From an uncultured Candidatus Saccharibacteria bacterium (GTDB taxonomy: Bacteria; Patescibacteriota; Minisyncoccia; Phycocordibacterales; PCTT01), in NCBI GenBank assembly GCA_964566505.1, contig CAZMIM010000001.1, forward strand, positions 65,140 to 129,139: DNA of 64,000 bases, in the 5' to 3' direction. The notes beneath the pieces were generated by a model. The model ran no database searches. It had not been told where the DNA came from and saw only the letters and a list, made by a program, of their open reading frames with translations. Shown piece by piece: positions 9,351 to 17,503 of the stretch. Positions within the stretch are counted from its first letter, which is position 1. Each line of letters opens with the position of its first letter. The translations under genes were made by a program, and so were the position numbers.

Positions 9351-9419
9351 GGCGCACATAATAACAGAATAAAGATTACTACGCAATAGCACTCTCTTCT
9401 GTTACAATAGACAAACTTT

Positions 9420-11354
9420 ATGAGAGAAACTCCACATACTGGAAGCACAATAGAAGGCAAGCTACAGACCACGTCACGAGGCGTGGGCTATCTTTCTTAT
9501 GACGAAGAGGCAAAAGATATAGAAATCCCAGAAGACAAGACGTACACAGCACTTCACGGAGACACTGTCGTGGTGCGTATTACACACAGTGACAGTGAGC
9601 GTGTGTATGGAGAAGTAATAAAAGTATTAGAGCGTGGTGCAAAACTTTTCTCTGGAACACTTGAGCAAGAGGCTGGGCACTTCTTTCTAATGACAGACAA
9701 CCATCGAATTCACCGGGATATTCTTGTGGCACCAGATGAGCGACTAAAAGAAGGATACAAAGCAGTGGTACGCTTCCTTTCTTGGAACACTACACACGAT
9801 GACCCTAAAGGAGAGCTTGTGTCTATTTTGGGTAGAAAGGGAGAACACGAAGCAGAAATGCAATCAATTATCGTGGGGCGTGGGATTGTTTACGACTTCC
9901 CTGTTGAAGTAGAAAAAGAAGCAAAAGAAATCAAAGCAAACGAAGCAAAAATCTTTCAAGATGCAGAAAACGACCCTCGCCGAAAAGATATCCGAGACAT
10001 TCCTACATTCACCATCGACCCAGACAGTGCAAAAGACTTTGATGATGCTCTTTCTATTCGAACACTACAAAATGGAAACCTGGAGATTGGTATTCATATT
10101 GCTGATGTATCTCACTATGTACAAGAAGGAAGTGCGCTAGACCAAGAAGCACAATCACGAGGATTTTCTACATACCTAGTGGATAGAACCATCCCGATGC
10201 TTCCTGAAGTACTTTCAAACGACCTTTGTAGTCTCAACCCGCATGTCGACCGACTCGCCTTTTCTGCAATATTTGAAATGACTCATAGTGGACAAGTAGA
10301 GAGCTCTTGGTATGGAAAAACAATCATTCACTCAGACAAACGGTTTACATACGAAAATGCACAAGAACAGATTGACGCTGGAGATGGTGAATACTCAGAG
10401 CCACTAATAACTCTAAATGGAATAGCAAAAACACTGCGAGCACGAAGATTTTCAAAAGGTGCAGTGGACTTCTCTGATGACGAAGTAAAGTTTGAGCTCA
10501 ATGACAAGGGCGAAGTAATGCGTGTGTATAAAAAAGAGCGGCTTGATACTCACAAACTTGTGGAAGAGTTTATGCTTCTTGCTAACCGCTCTGTAGCAGA
10601 GAAAATAGAAAAACTGTGTGAAAACTCAGGCCACGATCACCTTTTTGTATACAGAATCCACGACCTACCAGATAGAGAAAAACTTTCCGAGCTTGGCACA
10701 TTTCTTAAAGCTCTTGGATACCGATTTGAGGTGCCAAATGAAGTAAGCGGAACAGACCTAAACAAACTACTAGAGCAAGTGAAGGACAAACCAGAGGAAG
10801 GTTTGGTAAATACAGCGCTTATTCGCTCTATGGCAAAGGCTGTATACTCTACCGCTAACAATGGACACTTTGGGCTGGCATTTGAGCACTACACACACTT
10901 CACATCGCCTATCCGTAGATACCCTGACCTTATTGTGCACCGACTTCTATTTGCACATCTTCATAACGAGAATATTACTCAAAGAGAGATAGACCTCTAT
11001 GAAAGCATTATCTCTAAATCAACTGACAAAGAGATTAATATTATGCAAGCAGAGCGTGAGAGTATTAAATACAAGCAAGTAGAGTTCCTAAAAGATCGTG
11101 TGGGTGAGACATTTGATGTATTAGTAACAGGAGTTTCAGACTTTGGACTCTTTGTGGAAGAGAAAGAAACACGAGCACAGGGACTCATTGCTATTAGAAA
11201 TCTAGGAAATGATTTCTTTGAGCTTCGAGAGAAACAATTTGCAATAGTTGGTAAAAGCAGTGGTCAAAAGTTTACACTCGGGCAAACACTCAAAGCAAAG
11301 CTCACTGGAGCAGACCTAGACAAGCGTCAGCTCGACTTCCGTCTCCAAAACTAA
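9420..11354 (+). CDS. rnr: Ribonuclease R (RNase II/R family, with C-terminal S1 domain)
   Basis: RNB-domain motifs (DPDSAKDFDDALS, HFTSPIRRYPDL) and a C-terminal S1-like region. Confidence 0.9.
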   Translation: MRETPHTGSTIEGKLQTTSRGVGYLSYDEEAKDIEIPEDKTYTALHGDTVVVRITHSDSERVYGEVIKVLERGAKLFSGTLEQEAGHFFLMTDNHRIHRDILVAPDERLKEGYKAVVRFLSWNTTHDDPKGELVSILGRKGEHEAEMQSIIVGRGIVYDFPVEVEKEAKEIKANEAKIFQDAENDPRRKDIRDIPTFTIDPDSAKDFDDALSIRTLQNGNLEIGIHIADVSHYVQEGSALDQEAQSRGFSTYLVDRTIPMLPEVLSNDLCSLNPHVDRLAFSAIFEMTHSGQVESSWYGKTIIHSDKRFTYENAQEQIDAGDGEYSEPLITLNGIAKTLRARRFSKGAVDFSDDEVKFELNDKGEVMRVYKKERLDTHKLVEEFMLLANRSVAEKIEKLCENSGHDHLFVYRIHDLPDREKLSELGTFLKALGYRFEVPNEVSGTDLNKLLEQVKDKPEEGLVNTALIRSMAKAVYSTANNGHFGLAFEHYTHFTSPIRRYPDLIVHRLLFAHLHNENITQREIDLYESIISKSTDKEINIMQAERESIKYKQVEFLKDRVGETFDVLVTGVSDFGLFVEEKETRAQGLIAIRNLGNDFFELREKQFAIVGKSSGQKFTLGQTLKAKLTGADLDKRQLDFRLQN

Positions 11355-11381
11355 GTTTGGGAGAGTCAGACTCTCCCAAAC
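11355..11381. repeat. REP-like palindrome, family 1
   Basis: gtttgggagagtcagactctcccaaac, between convergent rnr and the LOG gene. Confidence 0.9.
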
Positions 11382-11382
11382 A

Positions 11383-11417
11383 AAAACCAACGGCTCAAGA
11401 GTGAGCCGTTGGTTTTT
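11383..11417. terminator. Hairpin family 2
   Basis: aaaaccaacggctcaagagtgagccgttggtttttt. Confidence 0.75.
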
Positions 11418-11423
11418 TATATA

Positions 11424-12146
11424 CTATTCTTCTCGAAGTGGTGCGTTTTTGATTATTTCAAGCGCCTCCTCGTCTGTGTCTATGATGGTGTATAGATCTA
11501 TATCAGACTCATCAATAGTTTTGTAATCTTTTGCGAGTGTCTCTCTTATAAACCCATCAAGCCGTCCCCAATACTCTTTTCCTACAAGAATAATAGGTAC
11601 GCGAGGAATCTTTCTAGTTTGAACAAGTGTGAGAATCTCAAAGAACTCGTCCATTGTTCCAAACCCTCCTGGGAAATAGACATATGCCTCTGCTGAAAAT
11701 GTGAGAGTTACTTTTCGTGAAAAGAAATAATAGAAAGACATAGAGTCCTCTACATATGGATTCACTACTTGTTCAAAAGGAAGCTCAATATTGAGTCCAA
11801 GTGAATTACCTGGCCCATCCGCCTCTTTTGCTCCCCTGTTTGCACCTTCCATAATTCCAGGCCCTCCTCCTGTGATAACTGTGTATCCGAGCTCATCTAC
11901 AATCTTATAAGCAAGGTCTCGTGCTCTTTGGTAGTGCTCGTTATCTTCAGGAAATCGTGCTGAACCAAAAATAGTTACTGAACGAGGATGGTTTTTAATA
12001 AACTCAAATCCATCATGAAATTCTCTTGTAATGCGCCCCACGCGCTCATCGATTTCTTTTTGAACATCATCACGCTTTAGCGGTTCTGTATGAAGCTTTA
12101 CTGAAGGAACATTTATTATTTTTTTGTTTGGATCGATTGGTGTCAT
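11424..12146 (-). CDS. LOG family protein (cytokinin riboside 5'-monophosphate phosphoribohydrolase-like, TIGR00730)
   Basis: ITGGGPGIMEGANRGA and PGGFGTMDE motifs. Confidence 0.85.
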   Translation of the reverse strand: MTPIDPNKKIINVPSVKLHTEPLKRDDVQKEIDERVGRITREFHDGFEFIKNHPRSVTIFGSARFPEDNEHYQRARDLAYKIVDELGYTVITGGGPGIMEGANRGAKEADGPGNSLGLNIELPFEQVVNPYVEDSMSFYYFFSRKVTLTFSAEAYVYFPGGFGTMDEFFEILTLVQTRKIPRVPIILVGKEYWGRLDGFIRETLAKDYKTIDESDIDLYTIIDTDEEALEIIKNAPLREE

Positions 12147-12208
12147 TATATTTCTCTTAGGAACATAGTGAGTTAGAGAAATATAACCCGCTACATTTTT
12201 TAAATATA

Positions 12209-12463
12209 TTATTTTTTAAGTGTATCTTTTAGATTTTTATATAAAAATCTTCTACCCCATCCTGATTTTAAATATTTTTCTCTTCGCATAGCGTTAGATT
12301 GGGAAAGATACATTTCTAAGTATACCAGCTTCCAAGGTCTATTGCCTTTAGTTGATAAAACCTTACCTTCATTATGCAGTCTTAATCTTTCCTTTATATC
12401 ACTAGAATAACCAATATATAACTTACTATCTTTTTTACTTTTTAATACATAGACGCTATGCAT
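12209..12463 (-). CDS. GIY-YIG nuclease family protein (UPF0213-like)
   Basis: VYVLKSKKDSKLYIGYSSDIKERLRLHNEG matches the GIY-YIG core. Confidence 0.8.
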   Translation of the reverse strand: MHSVYVLKSKKDSKLYIGYSSDIKERLRLHNEGKVLSTKGNRPWKLVYLEMYLSQSNAMRREKYLKSGWGRRFLYKNLKDTLKK

Positions 12464-12613
12464 ATGTTTAAAAAATGAGGAGGGTATTTAGAAAATCCGC
12501 ACAAACTTTTAGCATACAAACAATCTACCAAATTTGAGATAATTCGCACAAACTTTTACTACGTAAAACTTAGGCAGATAAATAAAATATAGTCGCCTTG
12601 CTCCTTATTTTAT

Positions 12614-14779
12614 TTACTTCGCTACTTTCACCGCCTCATCAAACTCAATAGAAAGCAATCGTGAAATACCGTCATGTTGCATAGTCACTCCATATAGTAG
12701 GCCTGCTCGTGACATAGTCTCTCTGTTGTGAGTAATGAGAATAAGTTGTGAGTACTCTGAAAGAGAGTTGATCATATCTCCATATCTCTTTGAGTTTGCT
12801 TCATCAAGAGCTGCGTCTGTCTCATCTAGGATAATAAATGGAGGTGGATTGATTTGTGAAAGCGCAAATAGAAGTGCAATAGATGTAAGGGCCCGCTCAC
12901 CACCAGAAAGCATCTCTAGTGAGCGAATCTTTTTCTTTGGAAGATTTACATCTATCTCCACGCCCTCTACCACATCGTCCTCTTCATCTTCTGATGTCTG
13001 CTTTTTCTTCTCAAGGAAAAGGCTTGCATTACCTCCTCCGAACATCAATGAGAAAAATGAATCAAACTGTCCATTAATACGCTCAAGCCCTTCTTTGAAT
13101 CGGGTATCGAGTGTGTTGTCTATCTCTTTTATAAGCTCCTCCAGAGACTGCTTTGTACTCTTTAGGTCGGCAAGCTCTTTTGAAAGAAACTCGTCACGCT
13201 CCTCTACCTCTTTGTGCTCTGTGCGCACCTCGTTGAAAGAGCCAATACCAAAATCTTCAAGTTTTACCAAAAGTCTGTCTATCTCCTTTGAGCGTCTTTG
13301 CTGATCTCCCTCATCACCTGCCGGGTCTACATCTACATACATAGTAATCTCTCGCCCATACTTCATGCCTGCCTCCATAAGATCCTGCTCAAACTGTTTA
13401 CCGCGCTCGCGAAGAAGTGCCTTCTTTTGCTCCAAATCAGCAAGTGTCGCTCGCAATTCTTTTTCTCGAGACATTACCTTTACCAAATCACGCTCAGCTC
13501 GGTAAAACTCGCTTCGCTCTTCCTCTGCTTTGTGTGATATGTCTGATTGCTTTTTAAGAAGCTCTTCTTTTTCCATATCTAACGCCTCTATCTCTCGCTC
13601 TATCGCCTTTCGCTTTTCATCTAGAAGCGAAGTGTCTACTTCTTCGGCTGGTGCCTCTGTCTTTAGCTCCGTTTTTACATCTGCAAATTCCTCTTTTATA
13701 AATGAAAGAAGTGTTTTTACAGCGGTGGCATCAGAAAGTGTTGTGTTTTGGATTTTCTCTTCTATTTTTGTAATAAGCTTGAGAACCTTTTGTCCTGAGA
13801 TGGCTTTTCCTTGTGTGAGCTGTGTGTGCTTCATAAGTCGCTCCTGTGCCTCTATTTCTCCCTCTACACGCCCCAAATCACGCGTGAGTATGTTTCGCTT
13901 GTGTGAGATATCTTTTAGCTCTCGCCCAATACGGTTGAGCTCTTTGTGATGCTCTGACTCGTCCTGTGTATCATCGAGAATCTTTTGAAGTTCTTTTACT
14001 TCATTCTCAATATTTTTAAGCTCTCCACGCGGAACCGCAATTTTCCCATCAAGTCTTGCTTGCTCTGTCTCAAGATATTTCTCTTCGTATGAGAAATACT
14101 CTTTATAAAGTGTAATAAGCTCATCACGAAAAGCCTGAGCTTTCTCTCCCTTTTCTACCTGTTTTTTAAGAAATGTTAGGTGTGGCTTTATCTCTCTTCG
14201 GAGCGATTCTACTTCTTTGATGTTTTGCTCGGTGCGTGAGAGCTTTGAAATACTGTCTTTTCGTTTCAAATGATATACACGAAGCCCTAGTGCGTCCTCT
14301 ATCATTGAACGTCGCTCTTTTGGAGATACATTAAGTATTCTGTCTGCCTCTCCTTGAGAAATAATATGATGTCCAGTAGAGCCAATGTTTGCACGAGCCA
14401 GAAGCTCTGCAATATCTTTCCTGCGCACCTTTGAGTCGTTTATACGATACTCGTGTGTTCCGTCTCGGTGCACTACACGCTCTATCACTACATCGTCATA
14501 ATCAATATCAAAAAGTTTATTTCTGTTATCAAGCACCACTCTTACGCTTGCTCTATTTGAGCGCTGTCCTCCACCTGAACCATTGAAAATAAGATCCTCA
14601 CTTCGCTTTCCTCGAAGTGATTTCATAGACTGCTCACCAAGCGCAAATCGAAATGCCTCTGCTACATTTGATTTTCCTGAACCATTTGGTCCTACGATTG
14701 CAGAAATGGGAGTTTTAAAGTCGAGTTTTGATTTTTTACCGAATGATTTGAATCCGGCAATCTCGATAGATTTAAGCAT
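12614..14779 (-). CDS. smc: SMC-family ATPase, short (721 aa) and apparently hinge-less
   Basis: SMC_N head (FKSFGKK...IVGPNGSGKSNVAEAFRFALGE); C-terminal signature LSGGERALTSIALLFAL and Walker B ILDETDAALD; ~500 aa of coiled coil between them with no glycine-rich hinge motif. Confidence 0.75.
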   Translation of the reverse strand: MLKSIEIAGFKSFGKKSKLDFKTPISAIVGPNGSGKSNVAEAFRFALGEQSMKSLRGKRSEDLIFNGSGGGQRSNRASVRVVLDNRNKLFDIDYDDVVIERVVHRDGTHEYRINDSKVRRKDIAELLARANIGSTGHHIISQGEADRILNVSPKERRSMIEDALGLRVYHLKRKDSISKLSRTEQNIKEVESLRREIKPHLTFLKKQVEKGEKAQAFRDELITLYKEYFSYEEKYLETEQARLDGKIAVPRGELKNIENEVKELQKILDDTQDESEHHKELNRIGRELKDISHKRNILTRDLGRVEGEIEAQERLMKHTQLTQGKAISGQKVLKLITKIEEKIQNTTLSDATAVKTLLSFIKEEFADVKTELKTEAPAEEVDTSLLDEKRKAIEREIEALDMEKEELLKKQSDISHKAEEERSEFYRAERDLVKVMSREKELRATLADLEQKKALLRERGKQFEQDLMEAGMKYGREITMYVDVDPAGDEGDQQRRSKEIDRLLVKLEDFGIGSFNEVRTEHKEVEERDEFLSKELADLKSTKQSLEELIKEIDNTLDTRFKEGLERINGQFDSFFSLMFGGGNASLFLEKKKQTSEDEEDDVVEGVEIDVNLPKKKIRSLEMLSGGERALTSIALLFALSQINPPPFIILDETDAALDEANSKRYGDMINSLSEYSQLILITHNRETMSRAGLLYGVTMQHDGISRLLSIEFDEAVKVAK

Positions 14780-14841
14780 TATAAAGATAGTATACAGTAT
14801 TTAGTATTTGGTATGTAGTATAAAATAAAGCCCGTGAGAAC

Positions 14842-15132
14842 ATGATCTCTAACAAAATGTTTGGGAGAACCCGGTTCTCCCAAACATTGACAAAGGAACA
14901 TCGAAGTAGTAGTTTTTGGAAAACTGTACAAACCAAACAAACGGTGAATCAAGTGGCTAAAAGAAAAGGGCCGGGTAAAAGAAAGGGTAAGTCTTCCCGA
15001 CACCCTCGCAATGTGTCCAAAAAAGTCGAAAGATGGAGAGTCAATGTTAGTTATTATGGGAGCAGATATGATCCGATAAAAATTCAGCACGGCCACAATC
15101 CAAGACCTTTCAAAAAGAAGAGGAAAATCTGA
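14842..15132 (+). CDS. Possible small Lys/Arg-rich protein (96 aa); doubtful
   Basis: ORF overlaps the REP-like palindrome at 14859-14885 and is very basic; its stop TGA overlaps the next ATG (ATGA). No recognisable family. Confidence 0.2.
   Translation: MISNKMFGRTRFSQTLTKEHRSSSFWKTVQTKQTVNQVAKRKGPGKRKGKSSRHPRNVSKKVERWRVNVSYYGSRYDPIKIQHGHNPRPFKKKRKI
14859..14885. repeat. REP-like palindrome, family 1 (variant centre)
   Basis: gtttgggagaacccggttctcccaaac. Confidence 0.9.
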
Positions 15133-15271
15133 TGCCATCTCGTAGGAATCGAAAGAAGTCCAAAGCCGTTCGCGAACGGAACAATCGCAAAAGGCGTTTG
15201 AAAATCCTCAGAGAAACAAAAAACGATTATCGTGAGCGACGTCGTCGTGGGAAAAAATTCAACATCTACTA
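15131..15271 (+). CDS. Possible small Arg/Lys-rich protein (46 aa), translationally coupled to the preceding ORF; doubtful
   Basis: MPSRRNRKKSKAVRERNNRKRRLKILRETKNDYRERRRRGKKFNIY, followed by the family-3 hairpin at 15297-15335. Confidence 0.2.
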
Positions 15272-15296
15272 GAGTTGAATTTACTTCCACTAAAAA

Positions 15297-15335
15297 GCCC
15301 GCCCAAATTTCACATAGTGAAACTTAGGCGGGCTT
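15297..15335. repeat. Hairpin family 3 (AGCCCGCCTAAnTTTCAC-N3-GTGAAAnTTAGGCGGGCT)
   Basis: agcccgcccaaatttcacatagtgaaacttaggcgggct. Confidence 0.75.
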
Positions 15336-15353
15336 TATTGTTTATTTGCAAAA

Positions 15354-15380
15354 GTTTGGGGAAGTCAGACTTCCCCAAAC
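15354..15380. repeat. REP-like palindrome, family 1 (variant)
   Basis: gtttggggaagtcagacttccccaaac. Confidence 0.9.
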
Positions 15381-15406
15381 AAAAACTAACTCCTATTGGC
15401 TAGTCA

Positions 15407-16117
15407 CTAGTTGCTAGCATCATTCCATCCTTGATGTTCAAGTGCTTTTCTTGCTGCCTCTTGTTCTGCTTCTTGCTTTGATTTTCCAGCTCCTTCTGCA
15501 ACTCGCTCATTTTCAAAATACACCGCCACAGTAAAGTGCTTGTCATGGTCTGGCCCACGCTCTTTTACAGTATCGTATCGTGGTGTTACTGAGAGCTCTT
15601 CTTGAGCTTTCTCTTGTAGAAAGCTCTTTGCGTCTTGCCATAGTCTGTTCTCTACAATCTCATCTGTCAGGTCAAATAGTGTGTTTGAGATAAACTTCTT
15701 AGCATTTTCATATCCGCTATCAAGATAAATAGCACCAATAATTGCCTCAAAAGCATTTGCAAGAATATATTGCCGTGCACGCCCTGTGTCTTTTGACTCT
15801 CCCTTTGAAAGAAGTAGATAATCATTTACACCAAGCTTCCGTGCTGCTTCTGAAATAGTCTGTGTATTTACAAGCGCTGCTCGTACTGCTGTCAGCTCTC
15901 CCTCTGGCTTGTCTGGATACTTTTCAAAAAGATACTCTGTTATTACAAGCTCCAAAACTGCATCTCCAAGAAACTCAAGACGCTCGTTGTGCTTTATATT
16001 TTTTTGTTTGTGCTCATTTACATATGAGCGGTGCGTAAACGCACGACGAATCAAGTCCTCATTAGCAAATGTAATACCAATGTGTTCCTGAAACGCTTTA
16101 AAATCTTTTTCAATCAT
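15407..16117 (-). CDS. rnc: Ribonuclease III
   Basis: ERLEFLGDAVLELVITEYLF signature and a C-terminal dsRBD. Confidence 0.92.
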   Translation of the reverse strand: MIEKDFKAFQEHIGITFANEDLIRRAFTHRSYVNEHKQKNIKHNERLEFLGDAVLELVITEYLFEKYPDKPEGELTAVRAALVNTQTISEAARKLGVNDYLLLSKGESKDTGRARQYILANAFEAIIGAIYLDSGYENAKKFISNTLFDLTDEIVENRLWQDAKSFLQEKAQEELSVTPRYDTVKERGPDHDKHFTVAVYFENERVAEGAGKSKQEAEQEAARKALEHQGWNDASN

Positions 16118-16124
16118 ATTTTTA

Positions 16125-17030
16125 TTATTCCTTTTCTGGATGCAGGAGTAAGTCAGCTGCCTTTGTCACAATTGGGAAGATATCTTCATAAAAATTAAGA
16201 TGCACAATCTCCTCGAGTGGGAACCATCGAGAATCATCGAGTCCCGATTTGTCCTCAGTACTCTTTAGCGGGCTATATGGTGCTTCTGCAAGGAAGTACC
16301 GCACCTGCTTTCTGATTTTTCCTTTCTCTGGATGAGAAGAAATATATTCATTGTCTCCAAGAAGTGGACCTATAGTAATAGGTAGACCCATCTCCTCATC
16401 TATCTCTCGGATAGCTGTCTCTTCGAAACTTTCGTTTCCTTCTACCTTTCCTTTTGATAGTGTCCAGTGGCCAAAAATGTCATGAACAAATGCCATGTAT
16501 ATATTTTCTTCGTGACGTGCATATACCACCGCACCTGCAAGTTTTACTATTTCCATCTCTTCGTATGGAATATCTTTTTTCTTTGCGCTTTTTTCATCTT
16601 TCCCCGGCTCTCCTATCTCTCGATATACAGAACCTAGCACTCCGTTTACAAACTTACCGCTTGATTCTCCTCCAAAATTCTTTGCGAGCTCTATGGCCTC
16701 GTTGATAGCCACCTTTGGTGGAACATCTTTTCTGTCACCATACAAAAGCTCATATAGACCTATTCTAAGAATATTTCGATCTACATTTGCAATTTTTTCT
16801 ATTGGCCAATCTGGTGCGGCCTTGGAGATTACCTCATCGAGTTTGTCTTTTTTATCTATCACTCCTGTAAGGAGGCTATTCATGTACGCATCATCAGCAG
16901 TACCAGGAGCAAATTCTTCCTGATTCCGCTTTAATATTTCTTCAAGTGGTTCGTGAGAATCATTTTCTCGCAAATCCCACTCAAAGAGTGTTTGCATTAT
17001 TATTGAACGTGATAAATGTCTTCCTGCCAT
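16125..17030 (-). CDS. nusB: NusB (N-utilisation substance B) N-terminal domain fused to a C-terminal NUDIX hydrolase domain
   Basis: NusB core (SRSIIMQTLFEWDL...NVDRNILRIGLYELLY...PPKVAINEAIELAKNFGGESSGKFVNGVLG), then a Nudix box GHWTLSKGKVEGNESFEETAIREIDEEMGL. Confidence 0.75.
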   Translation of the reverse strand: MAGRHLSRSIIMQTLFEWDLRENDSHEPLEEILKRNQEEFAPGTADDAYMNSLLTGVIDKKDKLDEVISKAAPDWPIEKIANVDRNILRIGLYELLYGDRKDVPPKVAINEAIELAKNFGGESSGKFVNGVLGSVYREIGEPGKDEKSAKKKDIPYEEMEIVKLAGAVVYARHEENIYMAFVHDIFGHWTLSKGKVEGNESFEETAIREIDEEMGLPITIGPLLGDNEYISSHPEKGKIRKQVRYFLAEAPYSPLKSTEDKSGLDDSRWFPLEEIVHLNFYEDIFPIVTKAADLLLHPEKE

Positions 17031-17119
17031 GGGAAATAAAAAGTACGTTGATATGAGTTATACATATCATACTAGCATATACATCGTACACATCTAGTAC
17101 GCTATCTACACATCACATC

Positions 17120-17404
17120 TTATGAAGATTTCTCTTCTTTATCTTGTGAAGGAGCAGGTTTCTTATCCTCGATACCTAGCTCTCGGTTTTTTCGCTTGGT
17201 TCGCTCAGCCTTTTTCTTGTTGAGCGCATCCATATCTATAACAGTACGTCCCTTGTATGACCCACATGTATCACATACACGGTGTCGAAGGTGAAGTGAA
17301 CCACACTCTGTGCACGCAGAAAGACGCGGGCTCTTCAATGCATGATGAGCTCGTCTGTTTCGTGTATGACCATGTGTGTGTCGCATTCGTACTGACATAG
17401 ACAA
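17120..17404 (-). CDS. rpmF: 50S ribosomal protein L32
   Basis: SVRMRHTHGHTRNRRAHHALK and the CxxC...CxxC zinc ribbon. Confidence 0.85.
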   Translation of the reverse strand: MSMSVRMRHTHGHTRNRRAHHALKSPRLSACTECGSLHLRHRVCDTCGSYKGRTVIDMDALNKKKAERTKRKNRELGIEDKKPAPSQDKEEKSS

Positions 17405-17440
17405 GCATTATATGATAAATCTTTGAAAACGCAAGAGAAA

Positions 17441-17479
17441 AGCCCGCCTAATTTTCACGCTGTGAAATTTAGGCGGGCT
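17441..17479. repeat. Hairpin family 3
   Basis: agcccgcctaattttcacgctgtgaaatttaggcgggct, between rpmF and the upstream gene. Confidence 0.8.
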
Positions 17480-17503
17480 CTAATGAATGTCTCGAGAATT
17501 GGG

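Noticed and set aside
12735-13949. Long Ser-rich plus-strand ORFs inside smc (189 aa, 139 aa). Similar antisense ORFs occur inside dus (53800..54405), topA (57523..58053, 59113..59703), uvrA (32502..33074, 33585..34082) and the lipase gene (47963..48328).
   Set aside because: All lie antisense to strongly conserved genes and have the Ser/Leu/Phe-rich composition typical of chance antisense frames.
14779-15138. 119-aa minus-strand ORF across the REP-bounded spacer
   Set aside because: Hydrophobic and low-complexity, no RBS, and overlaps a palindromic repeat; judged to be a chance ORF.
15297-15335. Family-3 hairpin as a parS site
   Set aside because: The TTTCAC/GTGAAA halves are split by a 3-nt spacer and embedded in a longer GC-rich stem, and the site is not near parB. 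More likely a terminator or REP-type element.
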